Source: a virus (Duplodnaviria; Heunggongvirae; Uroviricota; Caudoviricetes). From it: a DNA stretch of 64,000 nt. The translations under genes were made by a program, and so were the position numbers. Below, in pieces: positions 1 through 9,950 of the stretch (position 1 is its first letter; each line of letters begins with the position of its first letter). The stretch lies in IMG/VR virus record IMGVR_UViG_3300031413_000001; one strand, 5' to 3'. The notes under the pieces were generated by a model. The model saw nothing but the letters and a program-made list of their open reading frames with translations, did no database searches and was not told the origin of the DNA.

Positions 1-2
1 CC

Positions 3-2186
3 GAAAAGGCCACCAGCGATACCGTGGACAAGTCGGGAAAGCAGGTACAGACTGGATTCAAGCGTGCCGTTGGCGGTGTCAATGAGTTTGGTGGACACCT
101 TAACAAAGCTGGTGACAAGATCAGTGGCTTTGTTAGTGCCCTTCAAAAGGGATCGCTGGGTGGCCTAGCCGGTGGTGCCGTTGACAAGGTTCTTGGCGCT
201 GTTCAGGATCGTGCTGAAAATTACCGCGAGATGATCGCAAGTGGTAATGGACAGTTCACATCCATTCAGCAGATGACCAATGCGGTCAACGAAAGCCACA
301 TGACCATGCAGGAATTGGCCAAGGCCATGAACGGCAACAGTCAGGGAACTCGCATGTTGGGCGCAGCTGATTACGCCAAGCTGACCGGTGCGGTAACCAA
401 GCAGACCAATGCCATTGGCAACATGGGCATGAACTTTGAGCAGCGTCAGGAACTCCAAGCAGCATACTTGGATACCATGGTTGGTCAGGGTAGAATCCGC
501 AACATCAATGAAAACCAGATGGTCTCCGGCATCCTTGCTTTGAAGGCAAGTTCCGAGACCACGGCCAACATCCTAGGTATGACGCGAACTGAGGCACTGG
601 CAGCCCAGAAGGAACAGGCGTCTGATCCGGCGATGGCCAATGTTCTGGCTGCCATTGGGGCCAATGGTGATCAGGCCAAGAGCATCACCGATGCGGCAGC
701 CATCTTCCAGAACCAGTTTGGTGATGTGGGTAACAAGCTGTTCAAGCAGTTGACAGCAACTGGCACGGCCACCGGTGAAGCAGCAGAGTTCGCAGCAACT
801 GATCAGCAGGCATTCCGCATGATCAAGAGCTTTGCAGACCAGGCACGCTCAGGCCAACAGATCGATCAAAAGTCCATCGCAGCGGCAATGAAGTCCTATG
901 GTGACAGCACCTTTGGATCTCAGCTGAACTTGCTCAAGGGTCAGATGTCCATCTTGGGTGTGGGTTCTCCGGCATTTGATACGTCGCTGGTTGGTGCCCG
1001 CAACGCAAGGAACATTGGATCTGGTGAGATCGCCGATCCATTGAAGGATCCTGGAACCAACGCGGAACTGGCCGTACAGGAAGCATTGAGGGCATCCGCA
1101 TCTGCGCTTCGTGAGGGCTTTGACACACTTCTAAATTCCATCTCCAACGAGTATGGTCCCCAGCTTCACAGTGCCATCATGAGCGCCATTGATATGGCAA
1201 CCAAGCTTCAACAGTGGCTACGCGGTTGGCAGGCAATGCCCGGCATAACCAGCACGATTGGTATCGCGATTGCGGGCATCGTTGGTCTGACTGGTGCTGT
1301 TGGAATGGCAACCAAATCCTTCTCGATCATTGCTGGTCTTGGTGGTTCGGTTGCCAAGATCTTTGGCGGTGGTGCCGCTGGTGCAGCAGGTCGTGGTGCA
1401 GGAGCGGGAGCCGGTGGTGCAGGTGCTGGTGCTGGTGCCGCAGGTGGAACCTTTATTCAGCGCATGAGGAATCGTATGGGTGGAACTCCCAGTGCGGGAA
1501 GCCCCGGCGGTCCTGCTGGTCCTCCAAGGCCAAACGCTGGGGCAGGAGCCGCAGCAAGTGGTGTTGGCAAGGCACTCAAGGGTAATGCGCTGATTGGCAG
1601 CATCTTTGAGAGCATTGGCTACTTTACTGGCGAAAAGGAACTTTCCATGAAGAACCTGGCCAAGTCGGGTCTTCGTGTTGGTGGCGGTGCAGTCGGTGGT
1701 GTTCTTGGATCCGTTGGTGGACCTCTGGGAACCATCGCTGGTGGTATGGGTGGCGCCTACGCTGGTGACTGGATTGGTAACAAGGTCTTTGGTGCTGATG
1801 ATCCCGGTTCGGCTGCCCGCATGGCCAAGGCTCGTCCCGATGGTCTCTATGGCGCAAACGAACTAGCTTCTAAGAGCGCCACAGGCGGCCGTAGAGACAA
1901 CAAGGAAGTCTCGCGACCACAGAGTGCTCCACCGATCAAAAACGCTTCCGATGCTACTGGGCAGCGTTCCAAGCAGGCACTCAGCCCCGAAGCAATCAAC
2001 ACTCGTATCATGGCCGCGCAGGAACTCGCTGTTGGGCACTTGAAGGCAATGCGTGAGCAGGGTGATACCCTGAATGCTCTGGTCCGTGAAGAGATCGGCG
2101 TAATGCGTGCCTATGGTGAGCGCCATGCACGTCTTCTTGAGGATGCCAACCGCAATACTAGGATGATTGCCGACAATGCAGTCTAA
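3..2186 (+). CDS. Tape-measure-like / tail-associated helical protein, 5'-truncated (frame open from window edge)
   Basis: Long Ala/Gly/Gln-rich helical protein with hydrophobic Gly-rich segments, directly upstream of portal; no stop in frame before position 24. Confidence 0.55.
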   Translation, partial: EKATSDTVDKSGKQVQTGFKRAVGGVNEFGGHLNKAGDKISGFVSALQKGSLGGLAGGAVDKVLGAVQDRAENYREMIASGNGQFTSIQQMTNAVNESHMTMQELAKAMNGNSQGTRMLGAADYAKLTGAVTKQTNAIGNMGMNFEQRQELQAAYLDTMVGQGRIRNINENQMVSGILALKASSETTANILGMTRTEALAAQKEQASDPAMANVLAAIGANGDQAKSITDAAAIFQNQFGDVGNKLFKQLTATGTATGEAAEFAATDQQAFRMIKSFADQARSGQQIDQKSIAAAMKSYGDSTFGSQLNLLKGQMSILGVGSPAFDTSLVGARNARNIGSGEIADPLKDPGTNAELAVQEALRASASALREGFDTLLNSISNEYGPQLHSAIMSAIDMATKLQQWLRGWQAMPGITSTIGIAIAGIVGLTGAVGMATKSFSIIAGLGGSVAKIFGGGAAGAAGRGAGAGAGGAGAGAGAAGGTFIQRMRNRMGGTPSAGSPGGPAGPPRPNAGAGAAASGVGKALKGNALIGSIFESIGYFTGEKELSMKNLAKSGLRVGGGAVGGVLGSVGGPLGTIAGGMGGAYAGDWIGNKVFGADDPGSAARMAKARPDGLYGANELASKSATGGRRDNKEVSRPQSAPPIKNASDATGQRSKQALSPEAINTRIMAAQELAVGHLKAMREQGDTLNALVREEIGVMRAYGERHARLLEDANRNTRMIADNAV

Positions 2187-2195
2187 CAGGACAGC

Positions 2196-2201
2196 TAAAT
2201 A
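2196..2201 (+). promoter_or_regulatory. T4-like late promoter core TAAATA (portal)
   Basis: TAAATA 27 nt before portal ATG, in the loop of ACAGC/GCTGT; same motif precedes most structural genes. Confidence 0.65.
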
Positions 2202-2227
2202 TCGCTGTACTTAATTGAAGGTAGCAG

Positions 2228-3970
2228 ATGTCCTATAAAAAGCACATGCAGGCAGTTCCACAGGCACAGCGGCTACAAGCTCAGCTGGCCCGTAATCGCG
2301 ATTCCTACTTTGATCCCACGATCGGGGGTAGCAGCGCCAACTATGCCAGTGTGTTGCCCGAAGTCTACGAAGGTTCGCCCATGCGTATTGACCGTTATGG
2401 TCAGTATGACAGCATGGACAGCGATGCGGAAGTCAATGCTGCCCTCGACATCATTGCCAACTTCTGCACCCAGAAGGACAGCAAGAGCGATGAGGTCTTT
2501 GACATCAAGTATCGGAAGGATGCATCAGAGACTGAAATTGAGATCCTGAATAACTGCCTGATGCAGTGGAGCAAGATCAACGACTTCAAGCGCAAGGCTT
2601 GGAGGATGATCCGCAACACGCTCAAGTATGGCGATCAGTTCTTCATTCGTGATCCAGAGACACTCAAGCTATTCTGGGTCTCGGCCGACAAAGTGGACAA
2701 GGTTCTTGTCAACGAGGCAGAGGGAAAGCAGCCAGAAGCTTATGTTTTCCGTGACCTAGATGTAAACTTGTCCAGCTTTACCGCAACGGCTCCTGATCAG
2801 AATGGTCAGAATCTTGTTGGCGGTGCCAGCCAGATGAACCTTCAGCGTCCCACGCGGGACATGAAGCGTTGGGGTTCGGGAAAGCCCAATGGTGGTCGCT
2901 TTGAAGGCGATCAGAGCCTAACGGCCATTGAGGCAACGCACGTGGTCCACCTGAGTCTTGGAGAGGGACTTGATGCCAACTGGCCATTTGGTACCAGCAT
3001 TCTCGAGAGCGTTTTCAAGGTATGGCGTGAAAAGGGCCTCTTGGAAGAAGCAATCATCATCTACCGAATCCAGCGTGCTCCTGAGCGTCGCGTTTTCTAC
3101 GTGGACGTCGGCGGTATGCCACTTCACAAGGTGGGCAGCTATCTGGAAAAGGTAAAGAACGAGATTCACCAGCGTCGCTATCCAAGTAGGACCGGTGGTG
3201 GTGCAAACGTTGGCGATGCAACCTACAACCCAATGAGCATGATGGAAGACTTCTTCTTTGCTCAGAGTGCTGAAGGTCGTGGTTCACGCGTTGAAACACT
3301 TCCCGCTGGTGAGAACCTTGGACAGATTGACGATCTTCGTTTCTGGACCAATAAGCTTCTGCGTGGTCTTCGTGTTCCTTCAAGCTATCTGCCAACTGGT
3401 CCGGATGATGGCATGCAGAGCTTTAACGATGGACGCGTGGGTACCGCATACATCCAGGAGTTCCAGTTTGCCCAGTATTGTAAGCGACTACAGAACCTCT
3501 TGAGCCCAGTCTTTGATGATGAGTTCAAGTTGTTTGTTCGTCGTCGCGGTTACAACATTGACAGTTCCATCTATGAGCTCAACTTCAACGAGCCAGAGAA
3601 CTTTGGTGTGTATGCCAAGATGGAGCGTGATGCAGCGGCCATCAACGTCTACACTCCACTTGCGGAAATGAAGCACTTTTCCAAGCGTTGGTTGATGATC
3701 AACAAGCTGGGCATGACCGAGGACGAGATCAACGACAACGAGCGCATGTGGCGTGAGGAAAATCGTGATGCCACGGAGGGTACTGGTGCCGAAGATGGAG
3801 CCGGTGGTGGCGGTGCAGCTGGTCTTGACGCAATTGGTATTCGCCCAGGTGACGACATGGAAGAGCTTGGCGGCGATGAAGAAGGCGGCGAGGAAATGGA
3901 CATGGGCGATGGCGGTGATGGTTCGGCCAGCCCCATTAGTGGTGATGAGTCAGCGGAGGATGAGGAATGA
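2228..3970 (+). CDS. gp20: Portal vertex protein (T4 gp20-like)
   Basis: Motifs EVNAALDII, IYRIQRAPERRVFYVDVG, EDFFFAQSAEGRGSRVETLPAGENLGQIDDL, LLRGLRVPSSYL; acidic tail. Confidence 0.95.
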   Translation: MSYKKHMQAVPQAQRLQAQLARNRDSYFDPTIGGSSANYASVLPEVYEGSPMRIDRYGQYDSMDSDAEVNAALDIIANFCTQKDSKSDEVFDIKYRKDASETEIEILNNCLMQWSKINDFKRKAWRMIRNTLKYGDQFFIRDPETLKLFWVSADKVDKVLVNEAEGKQPEAYVFRDLDVNLSSFTATAPDQNGQNLVGGASQMNLQRPTRDMKRWGSGKPNGGRFEGDQSLTAIEATHVVHLSLGEGLDANWPFGTSILESVFKVWREKGLLEEAIIIYRIQRAPERRVFYVDVGGMPLHKVGSYLEKVKNEIHQRRYPSRTGGGANVGDATYNPMSMMEDFFFAQSAEGRGSRVETLPAGENLGQIDDLRFWTNKLLRGLRVPSSYLPTGPDDGMQSFNDGRVGTAYIQEFQFAQYCKRLQNLLSPVFDDEFKLFVRRRGYNIDSSIYELNFNEPENFGVYAKMERDAAAINVYTPLAEMKHFSKRWLMINKLGMTEDEINDNERMWREENRDATEGTGAEDGAGGGGAAGLDAIGIRPGDDMEELGGDEEGGEEMDMGDGGDGSASPISGDESAEDEE

Positions 3971-4227
3971 GATTTCTAGAGATTTTGCGCGAAGACGTCC
4001 AGAGGGTTCCCGATCAGGAGGATCAGGACAACTCAAATGGTCGCTATGAGGCATCCGAGGACGAGATCACCCATCAGGACATTGGCGACACAAGGAAGCC
4101 AAAGTTGACCCTGAGGATGATCAATCGCCTCAAGAAGATTCGCAGCACCAAGAACCTTGAGATGGCCAAAAAGCAAGAGCTCCTGGGCATCATGTATGGT
4201 ATCCCAGCGGGTGACGAAGAAGTCTAA
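3967..4227 (+). CDS. Small head-module protein
   Basis: ATGA overlap with portal stop; basic RKPKLTLRMINRLKKIR segment. Confidence 0.7.
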   Translation: MRFLEILREDVQRVPDQEDQDNSNGRYEASEDEITHQDIGDTRKPKLTLRMINRLKKIRSTKNLEMAKKQELLGIMYGIPAGDEEV

Positions 4228-4508
4228 GAAAACAACTTGTCGGAAATCTTCTTAATCTGGGCGAGCTCGCGTTCGCCCAGTTTTTCTACCTGTGGACGGA
4301 ATTTGGCTTTGAATCGCTCCGCAGCCTCACCATCGAGGGCCAACAAGTCGTAGCCCTCTTCACGTAGGTGTTGAATGATTGCCACGGCAAATATGGGACT
4401 CTTTCCCATATCACTTACCATGGCATCCATTATGGGTTCGGGTTGCTCCTCACCCCTTGTCAAGGCTTTCGCGGTAGCCACGATTGCCTTGATTTTGTCA
4501 CTGTCCAT
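4224..4508 (-). CDS. Hypothetical protein
   Basis: ORF in gap of head operon, helical composition; ATG at 4508. Confidence 0.55.
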   Translation of the reverse strand: MDSDKIKAIVATAKALTRGEEQPEPIMDAMVSDMGKSPIFAVAIIQHLREEGYDLLALDGEAAERFKAKFRPQVEKLGERELAQIKKISDKLFS

Positions 4509-4560
4509 GCCCAACGCGGTTACTCCTAGGCATTACTCTTACTGGCACCAATTGTAAAAA

Positions 4561-5031
4561 TCAACCTGCGCGCTGGATTGCGATGACCTTCTTCAGACGG
4601 TCGCTGGCGCCATCGGTGTCGATGTCGCTCTGGGGTGCGGATTCCCGCGTGTCGCTGCTGATCACCTTGCGGGTGGAAGCCTTTCGAGCAGCCGGCTTGG
4701 CCTTTTCCACCGGTTCAGGACGCGGCTCTGCGACGACGACCACGCACTCGTAGTCAAAGGTGTTCTTGATCAGCGCAAACGTGGTTGCCTGATATTCCGC
4801 CGGATCACGCTTGGTGCGGTCGGGATATTCGGCGAAGAGATGATTGAGCGCATCGGTGAAGCCCTCGCCATCGGTAAATGACCACCGCTTGAGCTGCATC
4901 AGGTAGCGGACCACCGCCTGTGACTCGATATCGTCCCGTGGGCCCATCTGCAGATGTGTGAGAAAGGCAAGATCCCCGGTTTCGAGGAACTCCTTTACGT
5001 CACTGGCCAATGCTAGGTTAATTGCTACCAT
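4561..5031 (-). CDS. Hypothetical protein (early)
   Basis: RBS AAGGAG upstream and sigma70-like promoter at 5053-5080. Confidence 0.7.
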   Translation of the reverse strand: MVAINLALASDVKEFLETGDLAFLTHLQMGPRDDIESQAVVRYLMQLKRWSFTDGEGFTDALNHLFAEYPDRTKRDPAEYQATTFALIKNTFDYECVVVVAEPRPEPVEKAKPAARKASTRKVISSDTRESAPQSDIDTDGASDRLKKVIAIQRAG

Positions 5032-5052
5032 ATACGATCTCCTTAGTTGCCC

Positions 5053-5080
5053 AACGTAGCACTGGCTTCCAATTTGTCAA
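5053..5080 (-). promoter_or_regulatory. Host sigma70-type early promoter
   Basis: TTGACA-N14-GCTACGTT on minus strand. Confidence 0.6.
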
Positions 5081-5093
5081 ACGTCCCAATCAG

Positions 5094-5099
5094 TAAATA
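5094..5099 (+). promoter_or_regulatory. Late promoter core TAAATA
   Basis: Upstream of 5156 core-protein gene. Confidence 0.65.
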
Positions 5100-5155
5100 A
5101 CACATACGTTTCTGGGTGAACAGATTCCCCATATTCCTTTCGCGAAGGAGATAAA

Positions 5156-6475
5156 ATGAAGAAGACCAATCTAATGGATATCATGGAGTCGCTGAACAGC
5201 GGTGACACGGATACCGCAAGCGCCGCCCTTCACGAGTGGTTTGTTGAGCAGGGCAAGCGCGTCCAGGCTGGCATCGACGGCGTTCCCGTTGAAGAGCAGC
5301 AAATCGTAGAAAACACCGAAGATGACGTCTTTGACGCCCTCGAGGAAATCTGCGATATCATCGCTACCACTGGCGAAGAGTCCGGTGAAGTGGAGATGGA
5401 TTACGACGACAACCTGGGCAAGGTAACCTGGCAGGCTGTTCCTTATGGCTTCGCTGATCAGGCTCAGAGGGTTGCAATCCTCGATCAGCTCGAGGATAGG
5501 GCCGGTGATGTTTCTATCGTTGATTCTGGCTACTATGCAGATGATACGCGAGAGATTGGCGTCCTGTATATTGCCGGCGTTCTCGGTGACGAACAGGACC
5601 AGGCTATGATTGGTGAAGCGGGCGCAAAGGATAGTATCCTGGCAGCCAAGGCACGTCAGCAGGCTCCAGCAGCACAGACCGCTCCAGCAGCACCAGAGCC
5701 CACCGAGGCAGATTTTGATGCTGAAGAGTATGTGGATTCTGCAACTGTTGAGGAACTCCACGGCGAAGTTGAGCAGCACGCTGCTCAGACCGGTGGAACT
5801 GGACGTTTTGAATTCGAGCTCCACCCTAACAACAATACTGTGGTAGCGTATGCTCCTCTGGCTCCAGGAGCCGATGAGGATGACATGGTTCACCAGCTTC
5901 TGGGTATCGCGCAGATTCCCCCATATAGCGACTCGGTTTATTCGGGCAAGTGCATGGACGAGAACGACAACTGGTTGTTCTTCGCAGTGTTCGAGCCAGA
6001 CGAGGATGACATCGGTGGTGGTGGTGAAAACCGTCTTGGTGAATCCGAGGAAGCAGACGAGGAAGAGGACGAGAAGATTGACGAGTCCGAGGACGCGTTG
6101 ATTGCAGAGCTCAACGAGGCTTTCAAGGGTCTCGAGACTGTTTCTGACAAGCTTCAGAACCAAGAAGGTGCACAGGTTGGTGAGCAGGGCAAGGCTCCCG
6201 TCAACACCAAGGGCACGCTTCCCAGCCACAAGGGCAAGGATCGCCTAGGCGGTGACCCAGTGGAGATCAAGGGCAAGGGCCACACTGGTCACGCTATGGA
6301 AAAGTCTCCCAAGGTTGCGGACGTGAAGATTAAGAATACTGTTCAAAACGGTAAGGAAGAGCTCAAGAAGGTTGCCGACAAGGGCGACAAGAGTGCGCTT
6401 CTAAACAAGATGGACGGCAGTGTAAACACCACTAGCCCAATCAGCGGCAAGGGTGCGACCGGCCTTAAGAAGTAA
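5156..6475 (+). CDS. Acidic prohead core protein, paralog 1
   Basis: Between portal and protease; very acidic with basic C-terminus; LHEWFVE and GDKSAxLN shared with 6639-7868. Confidence 0.75.
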   Translation: MKKTNLMDIMESLNSGDTDTASAALHEWFVEQGKRVQAGIDGVPVEEQQIVENTEDDVFDALEEICDIIATTGEESGEVEMDYDDNLGKVTWQAVPYGFADQAQRVAILDQLEDRAGDVSIVDSGYYADDTREIGVLYIAGVLGDEQDQAMIGEAGAKDSILAAKARQQAPAAQTAPAAPEPTEADFDAEEYVDSATVEELHGEVEQHAAQTGGTGRFEFELHPNNNTVVAYAPLAPGADEDDMVHQLLGIAQIPPYSDSVYSGKCMDENDNWLFFAVFEPDEDDIGGGGENRLGESEEADEEEDEKIDESEDALIAELNEAFKGLETVSDKLQNQEGAQVGEQGKAPVNTKGTLPSHKGKDRLGGDPVEIKGKGHTGHAMEKSPKVADVKIKNTVQNGKEELKKVADKGDKSALLNKMDGSVNTTSPISGKGATGLKK

Positions 6476-6482
6476 GGCAAAC

Positions 6483-6510
6483 GTGGGGAGAGGCAACTCT
6501 CCCCACTTTC
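6483..6510 (+). terminator. Intrinsic terminator
   Basis: GTGGGGAGAG-GCAA-CTCTCCCCAC then TTTC. Confidence 0.75.
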
Positions 6511-6583
6511 TATATCTGAACAAGTTGAGACTCAAAAACACACGTTTTGGAGCCTTTTCCGCATAGTGGAAACAGGTTTTGAT

Positions 6584-6589
6584 TAAATA
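6584..6589 (+). promoter_or_regulatory. Late promoter core TAAATA
   Basis: Upstream of 6639 gene and head operon. Confidence 0.65.
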
Positions 6590-6638
6590 CACTGTGAACA
6601 GAGCCCGGCGATGTTCAATGTAACAAGGAGAGCAACCT

Positions 6639-7868
6639 ATGAAGACGGTAGACCTGAACAAGGTTCTCGAGATGCTCATCAATGAAGAGCAGAACGAGGC
6701 TACTGGTCTTCTACATGAGTGGTTCGTGGAGCGCAGCAAGCAGATTCACGAAGAGCTAATGTCGGAAGACAATACGCTTTCCCAGGACATCGAAGATGAC
6801 CAGGAAGCAATCGAGTCCGAGGAGTTCTACGGCGAAGCAGACGAAGATACGGATGCTGAAGGCGAAGAAGAACTTGACGGCGATGTGGACGCGGGCGACG
6901 AAATCGAAGGCGACGACACTGACGGTGAAATGGAAGGCCCAGGGGATCTATCCCCTGAAGCAGCCATTGGCGATACCATTGAGGACCTGGAAGCTGTTAT
7001 GGCTCGCCTCAAGGCAGAATTCGCAACTATCACTGGTGCAGACGTTGCAGGCGACGAAGTTGCAGGCGACGATATGGACAATGAGTTTGGTGACGAAGTC
7101 GGCGACGACGCGGAAGTTGATGAGGCATTCGATGCTTCTGCAAACGATCATGTATTCACCAAGCAGGAAGCATCTTTCGCCAAGCAGGCTTCGGCCCAGT
7201 ACCAACAGGGTACTGAAGAGGGCGAGTTTAACGCGTTCTACTTGGAAGGCGGCCAGGATGTAGAAGCTGGTTGGATCCTCTCCAGCAGCACTATTGGAAT
7301 GAGCTCGGAAGAAATTGCTTCTGAAATTGCTAAAATCCTTCACCTCAACCCAACTGCTAAGGCAGACAAGGTTGGTAAGATCCAGTTGGCAAACGGTAAG
7401 AGTGCGGTTTATGCGGCATTCGTTATCGGTGGTGACCAGATGGGTGAGAGCGACGTCGTTGAGTCGGCAGACGATTTCGATGACCTAGAAGAGTCCTGGA
7501 CGCTGGAGCCTGTAAAGGATCCAAACCTACAGGGCGGCAAGGAAATCGGCGCTGATGGCGCAAAGGTTAACCTGAACGACAAGAGCCCACTTCCTGAGCA
7601 TGACGCAGATGCGCGTGTTGGTGGAAGGGCCGTGGAGATCAAGAGCGATCATCACGAAGGTCACGAGCGCGAAGCTTCTCCCGAAGTCAAGGGCCGACCA
7701 CTCCTGAAGAACCAGGTTAAGAAGGCAACCGATGGCCGCACCAAGGTCAGCAAGGAAGGCGATAAGTCTGCCCAGCTGAACTCGAAGGCAGGTTTCGGTT
7801 CCGACAGCCCAAAGAGCCCAATTGGTCAGGCAACTGATCTTCGCGGTTCTGACTTCAAGAGGAAGTAA
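6639..7868 (+). CDS. Acidic prohead core protein, paralog 2
   Basis: RBS AAGGAG; homologous N- and C-termini to 5156-6475; directly before protease. Confidence 0.75.
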   Translation: MKTVDLNKVLEMLINEEQNEATGLLHEWFVERSKQIHEELMSEDNTLSQDIEDDQEAIESEEFYGEADEDTDAEGEEELDGDVDAGDEIEGDDTDGEMEGPGDLSPEAAIGDTIEDLEAVMARLKAEFATITGADVAGDEVAGDDMDNEFGDEVGDDAEVDEAFDASANDHVFTKQEASFAKQASAQYQQGTEEGEFNAFYLEGGQDVEAGWILSSSTIGMSSEEIASEIAKILHLNPTAKADKVGKIQLANGKSAVYAAFVIGGDQMGESDVVESADDFDDLEESWTLEPVKDPNLQGGKEIGADGAKVNLNDKSPLPEHDADARVGGRAVEIKSDHHEGHEREASPEVKGRPLLKNQVKKATDGRTKVSKEGDKSAQLNSKAGFGSDSPKSPIGQATDLRGSDFKRK

Positions 7869-7873
7869 GCACT

Positions 7874-8512
7874 ATGGCATTGGTTCTAACCGAAAAAATG
7901 AACTTTGACGAGGCCAAGTGCGTCGTCGAGGAGGGCGCAGAAGGCGTCGGTGGCAAGCCCAAGGACTTGTTCATGCGCGGCATCTTCGTCCAAGGCGGGG
8001 CAAAGAACCATAACCAGCGCGTCTATCCGGTCAACGAAATTCGTTCGGCCGTTGATAGCATCAATGAAACCCTGCGTAGGGGCGAAAGCGTCCTCGGCGA
8101 AGCAGATCATCCAGAAGAGCTAAACATCAACATCGACCGTGTCAGTCACATGATCACCGAGATGTACATGGATGGCCCCAATGGAATGGGCAAGCTGAAG
8201 ATTCTTCCAACTCCTATGGGTAACATCGTCCGCACTCTCCTGGAAAACCAGGTAAAGTTGGGCGTATCGTCGCGTGGTTCTGGTAATGTGGATGATCGTG
8301 GAAACGTCTCGGACTTCGAGATTGTAACTGTGGACATCGTAGCACGGCCATCAGCACCCGAGGCTTATCCCAAGGCAGTCTACGAGGCTCTGATGCATCG
8401 TAGGCGCGGAGCAGTCATTGAAGACCTGGCACATGCCGTACAGCATGATCCAAAGGCACAGGGACATCTTGCAAAAGAGCTCCTGAGCTGGATCAACAAC
8501 CTAAAAGCGTAA
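7874..8512 (+). CDS. gp21: Prohead protease (T4 gp21-like)
   Basis: GIFVQGGAKNHNQRVYP, LGEADHP, GVSSRGSG, DIVARPSAPEAY motifs. Confidence 0.95.
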   Translation: MALVLTEKMNFDEAKCVVEEGAEGVGGKPKDLFMRGIFVQGGAKNHNQRVYPVNEIRSAVDSINETLRRGESVLGEADHPEELNINIDRVSHMITEMYMDGPNGMGKLKILPTPMGNIVRTLLENQVKLGVSSRGSGNVDDRGNVSDFEIVTVDIVARPSAPEAYPKAVYEALMHRRRGAVIEDLAHAVQHDPKAQGHLAKELLSWINNLKA

Positions 8513-8523
8513 GGAGAAATCCA

Positions 8524-9936
8524 ATGGATAATGGATTGAATTCGCTTCTAGAGTCGGGTCTTCTCAATGAGGACACAAAAACTGCTCTAGAGGAAGCCTG
8601 GAACGCAAAGCTGGACGAGGCTCGTGCTTCTCTTCGTGAAGACGTTGAGGCACAGGTTCGCGAAGAGTTTTCGGTTCGCTTTGAAGCAGACCGTAACGAC
8701 CTAGTTGAAGCAATGGACCACATGCTTACCGATGCTGTCAAGCAGCACGCGGTTGAGTCGGTGGCTTCCACTAAGGCTCTCAACGAGGAGCGCACCAAGC
8801 TAACACAGGCCATCAAGGAGGCTCGCGCCACCTACAAGGCTAAGACTGCCGGTCATCTTCAGATGATGGAGCAGTTTGTGATGAAGCAGTTGGCAGAAGA
8901 GATCAAAGAACTCGCTGCCGATCATCGCGCAATGCAGGAACAGCGCGTTCAGCTGGCAACACAGATCTCGGAGAACAAGGCGTTCTACGAAGGTCAGCTG
9001 GCAGAGCACGCAAACAAGCTTCAGCAGTTTGTCATGACCAAGCTCTCGGAAGAGATTGGCTCGGTTAAGGCACAGGAAAAGAAGCTTGCAGAAGCCAACG
9101 TCGCTAACGCGAAGAAGCTTCGTGAACACCGCATTGCGATGAACGAGCAGACTGCTGCACGTATCAACAAGGTCGAGAGTTTTGTTCTCGAGCAGCTCAG
9201 CAAGGAAATTGGCGAACTCAACGAGGACAAGAATGCACTCGTCGACGCCCGTGTCCGCCTGATTGCAGAAAGCAAGACCAAGCTGGAAGAGACCAAGAAG
9301 GCATTCATCGCTCGCGCAAGCAAGCTGGTGGAGAGCACGATTGATTCTCAGATCCGCGGCGAACTCACCCAGCTGAAGGAAGACATCCAGGAAGCACGAA
9401 ACAATATGTTTGGTCGCCGACTGTTTGAAGCTTTCTCTGCAGAGTTCATGACCAGCTACTTGAGCGAAGGTTCGGAAGTCCGCAAGTTGCAGACGCAGCT
9501 ATCGGAATCCGCAAAGCAGCTCAATGCAGCCAACGAGATTCTGGCCGAGAGCAAGGCAGAGGTCCAGGCAAGCGCACGTCGCGCAAAGCTGGCCGAAGAG
9601 CGTGCTCAGCGTGTCCAGATTAAGAACGAACTTCTCTCCCCACTAAGTAAGGAGAAGAGGAACGTGATGGAAAGCCTTCTCGATACCGTGAAGACAGATA
9701 AGATGAAGGAAGCATTCCAGAAGTACCTTCCAACTGTCCTCAATGAGGGCATGAGGAGCGCAAACCAGGGTCGTCGCACGCTGTCTGAGACTGCTGCCGA
9801 ACCTACAAAGACGGTAGCTGTAACTGGCAACCGCGTCAACCCACTTGCTGAATCTGCCCGCGCGGAGGAAGTTGCTGTGAATAGGTCCTCGACCGAAATT
9901 GCAGAGCTACGCCGACTGGCTGGAATTGAAGAATAA
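8524..9936 (+). CDS. gp22: Prohead scaffolding protein (T4 gp22-like)
   Basis: Coiled-coil between protease and capsid; FGRRLFEAFSAEF; many L-x-E sites. Confidence 0.85.
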   Translation: MDNGLNSLLESGLLNEDTKTALEEAWNAKLDEARASLREDVEAQVREEFSVRFEADRNDLVEAMDHMLTDAVKQHAVESVASTKALNEERTKLTQAIKEARATYKAKTAGHLQMMEQFVMKQLAEEIKELAADHRAMQEQRVQLATQISENKAFYEGQLAEHANKLQQFVMTKLSEEIGSVKAQEKKLAEANVANAKKLREHRIAMNEQTAARINKVESFVLEQLSKEIGELNEDKNALVDARVRLIAESKTKLEETKKAFIARASKLVESTIDSQIRGELTQLKEDIQEARNNMFGRRLFEAFSAEFMTSYLSEGSEVRKLQTQLSESAKQLNAANEILAESKAEVQASARRAKLAEERAQRVQIKNELLSPLSKEKRNVMESLLDTVKTDKMKEAFQKYLPTVLNEGMRSANQGRRTLSETAAEPTKTVAVTGNRVNPLAESARAEEVAVNRSSTEIAELRRLAGIEE

Positions 9937-9950
9937 GGAGAAACTTACCA

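Noticed and set aside
1340-1760. Gly/Ala-rich GGT repeats in the first gene; also GNAGG and Ala/Pro repeats in gp32 (49660-49850) and DVAGDEVAGD at 7042-7073
   Set aside because: Low-complexity protein linkers, not a DNA-level repeat system
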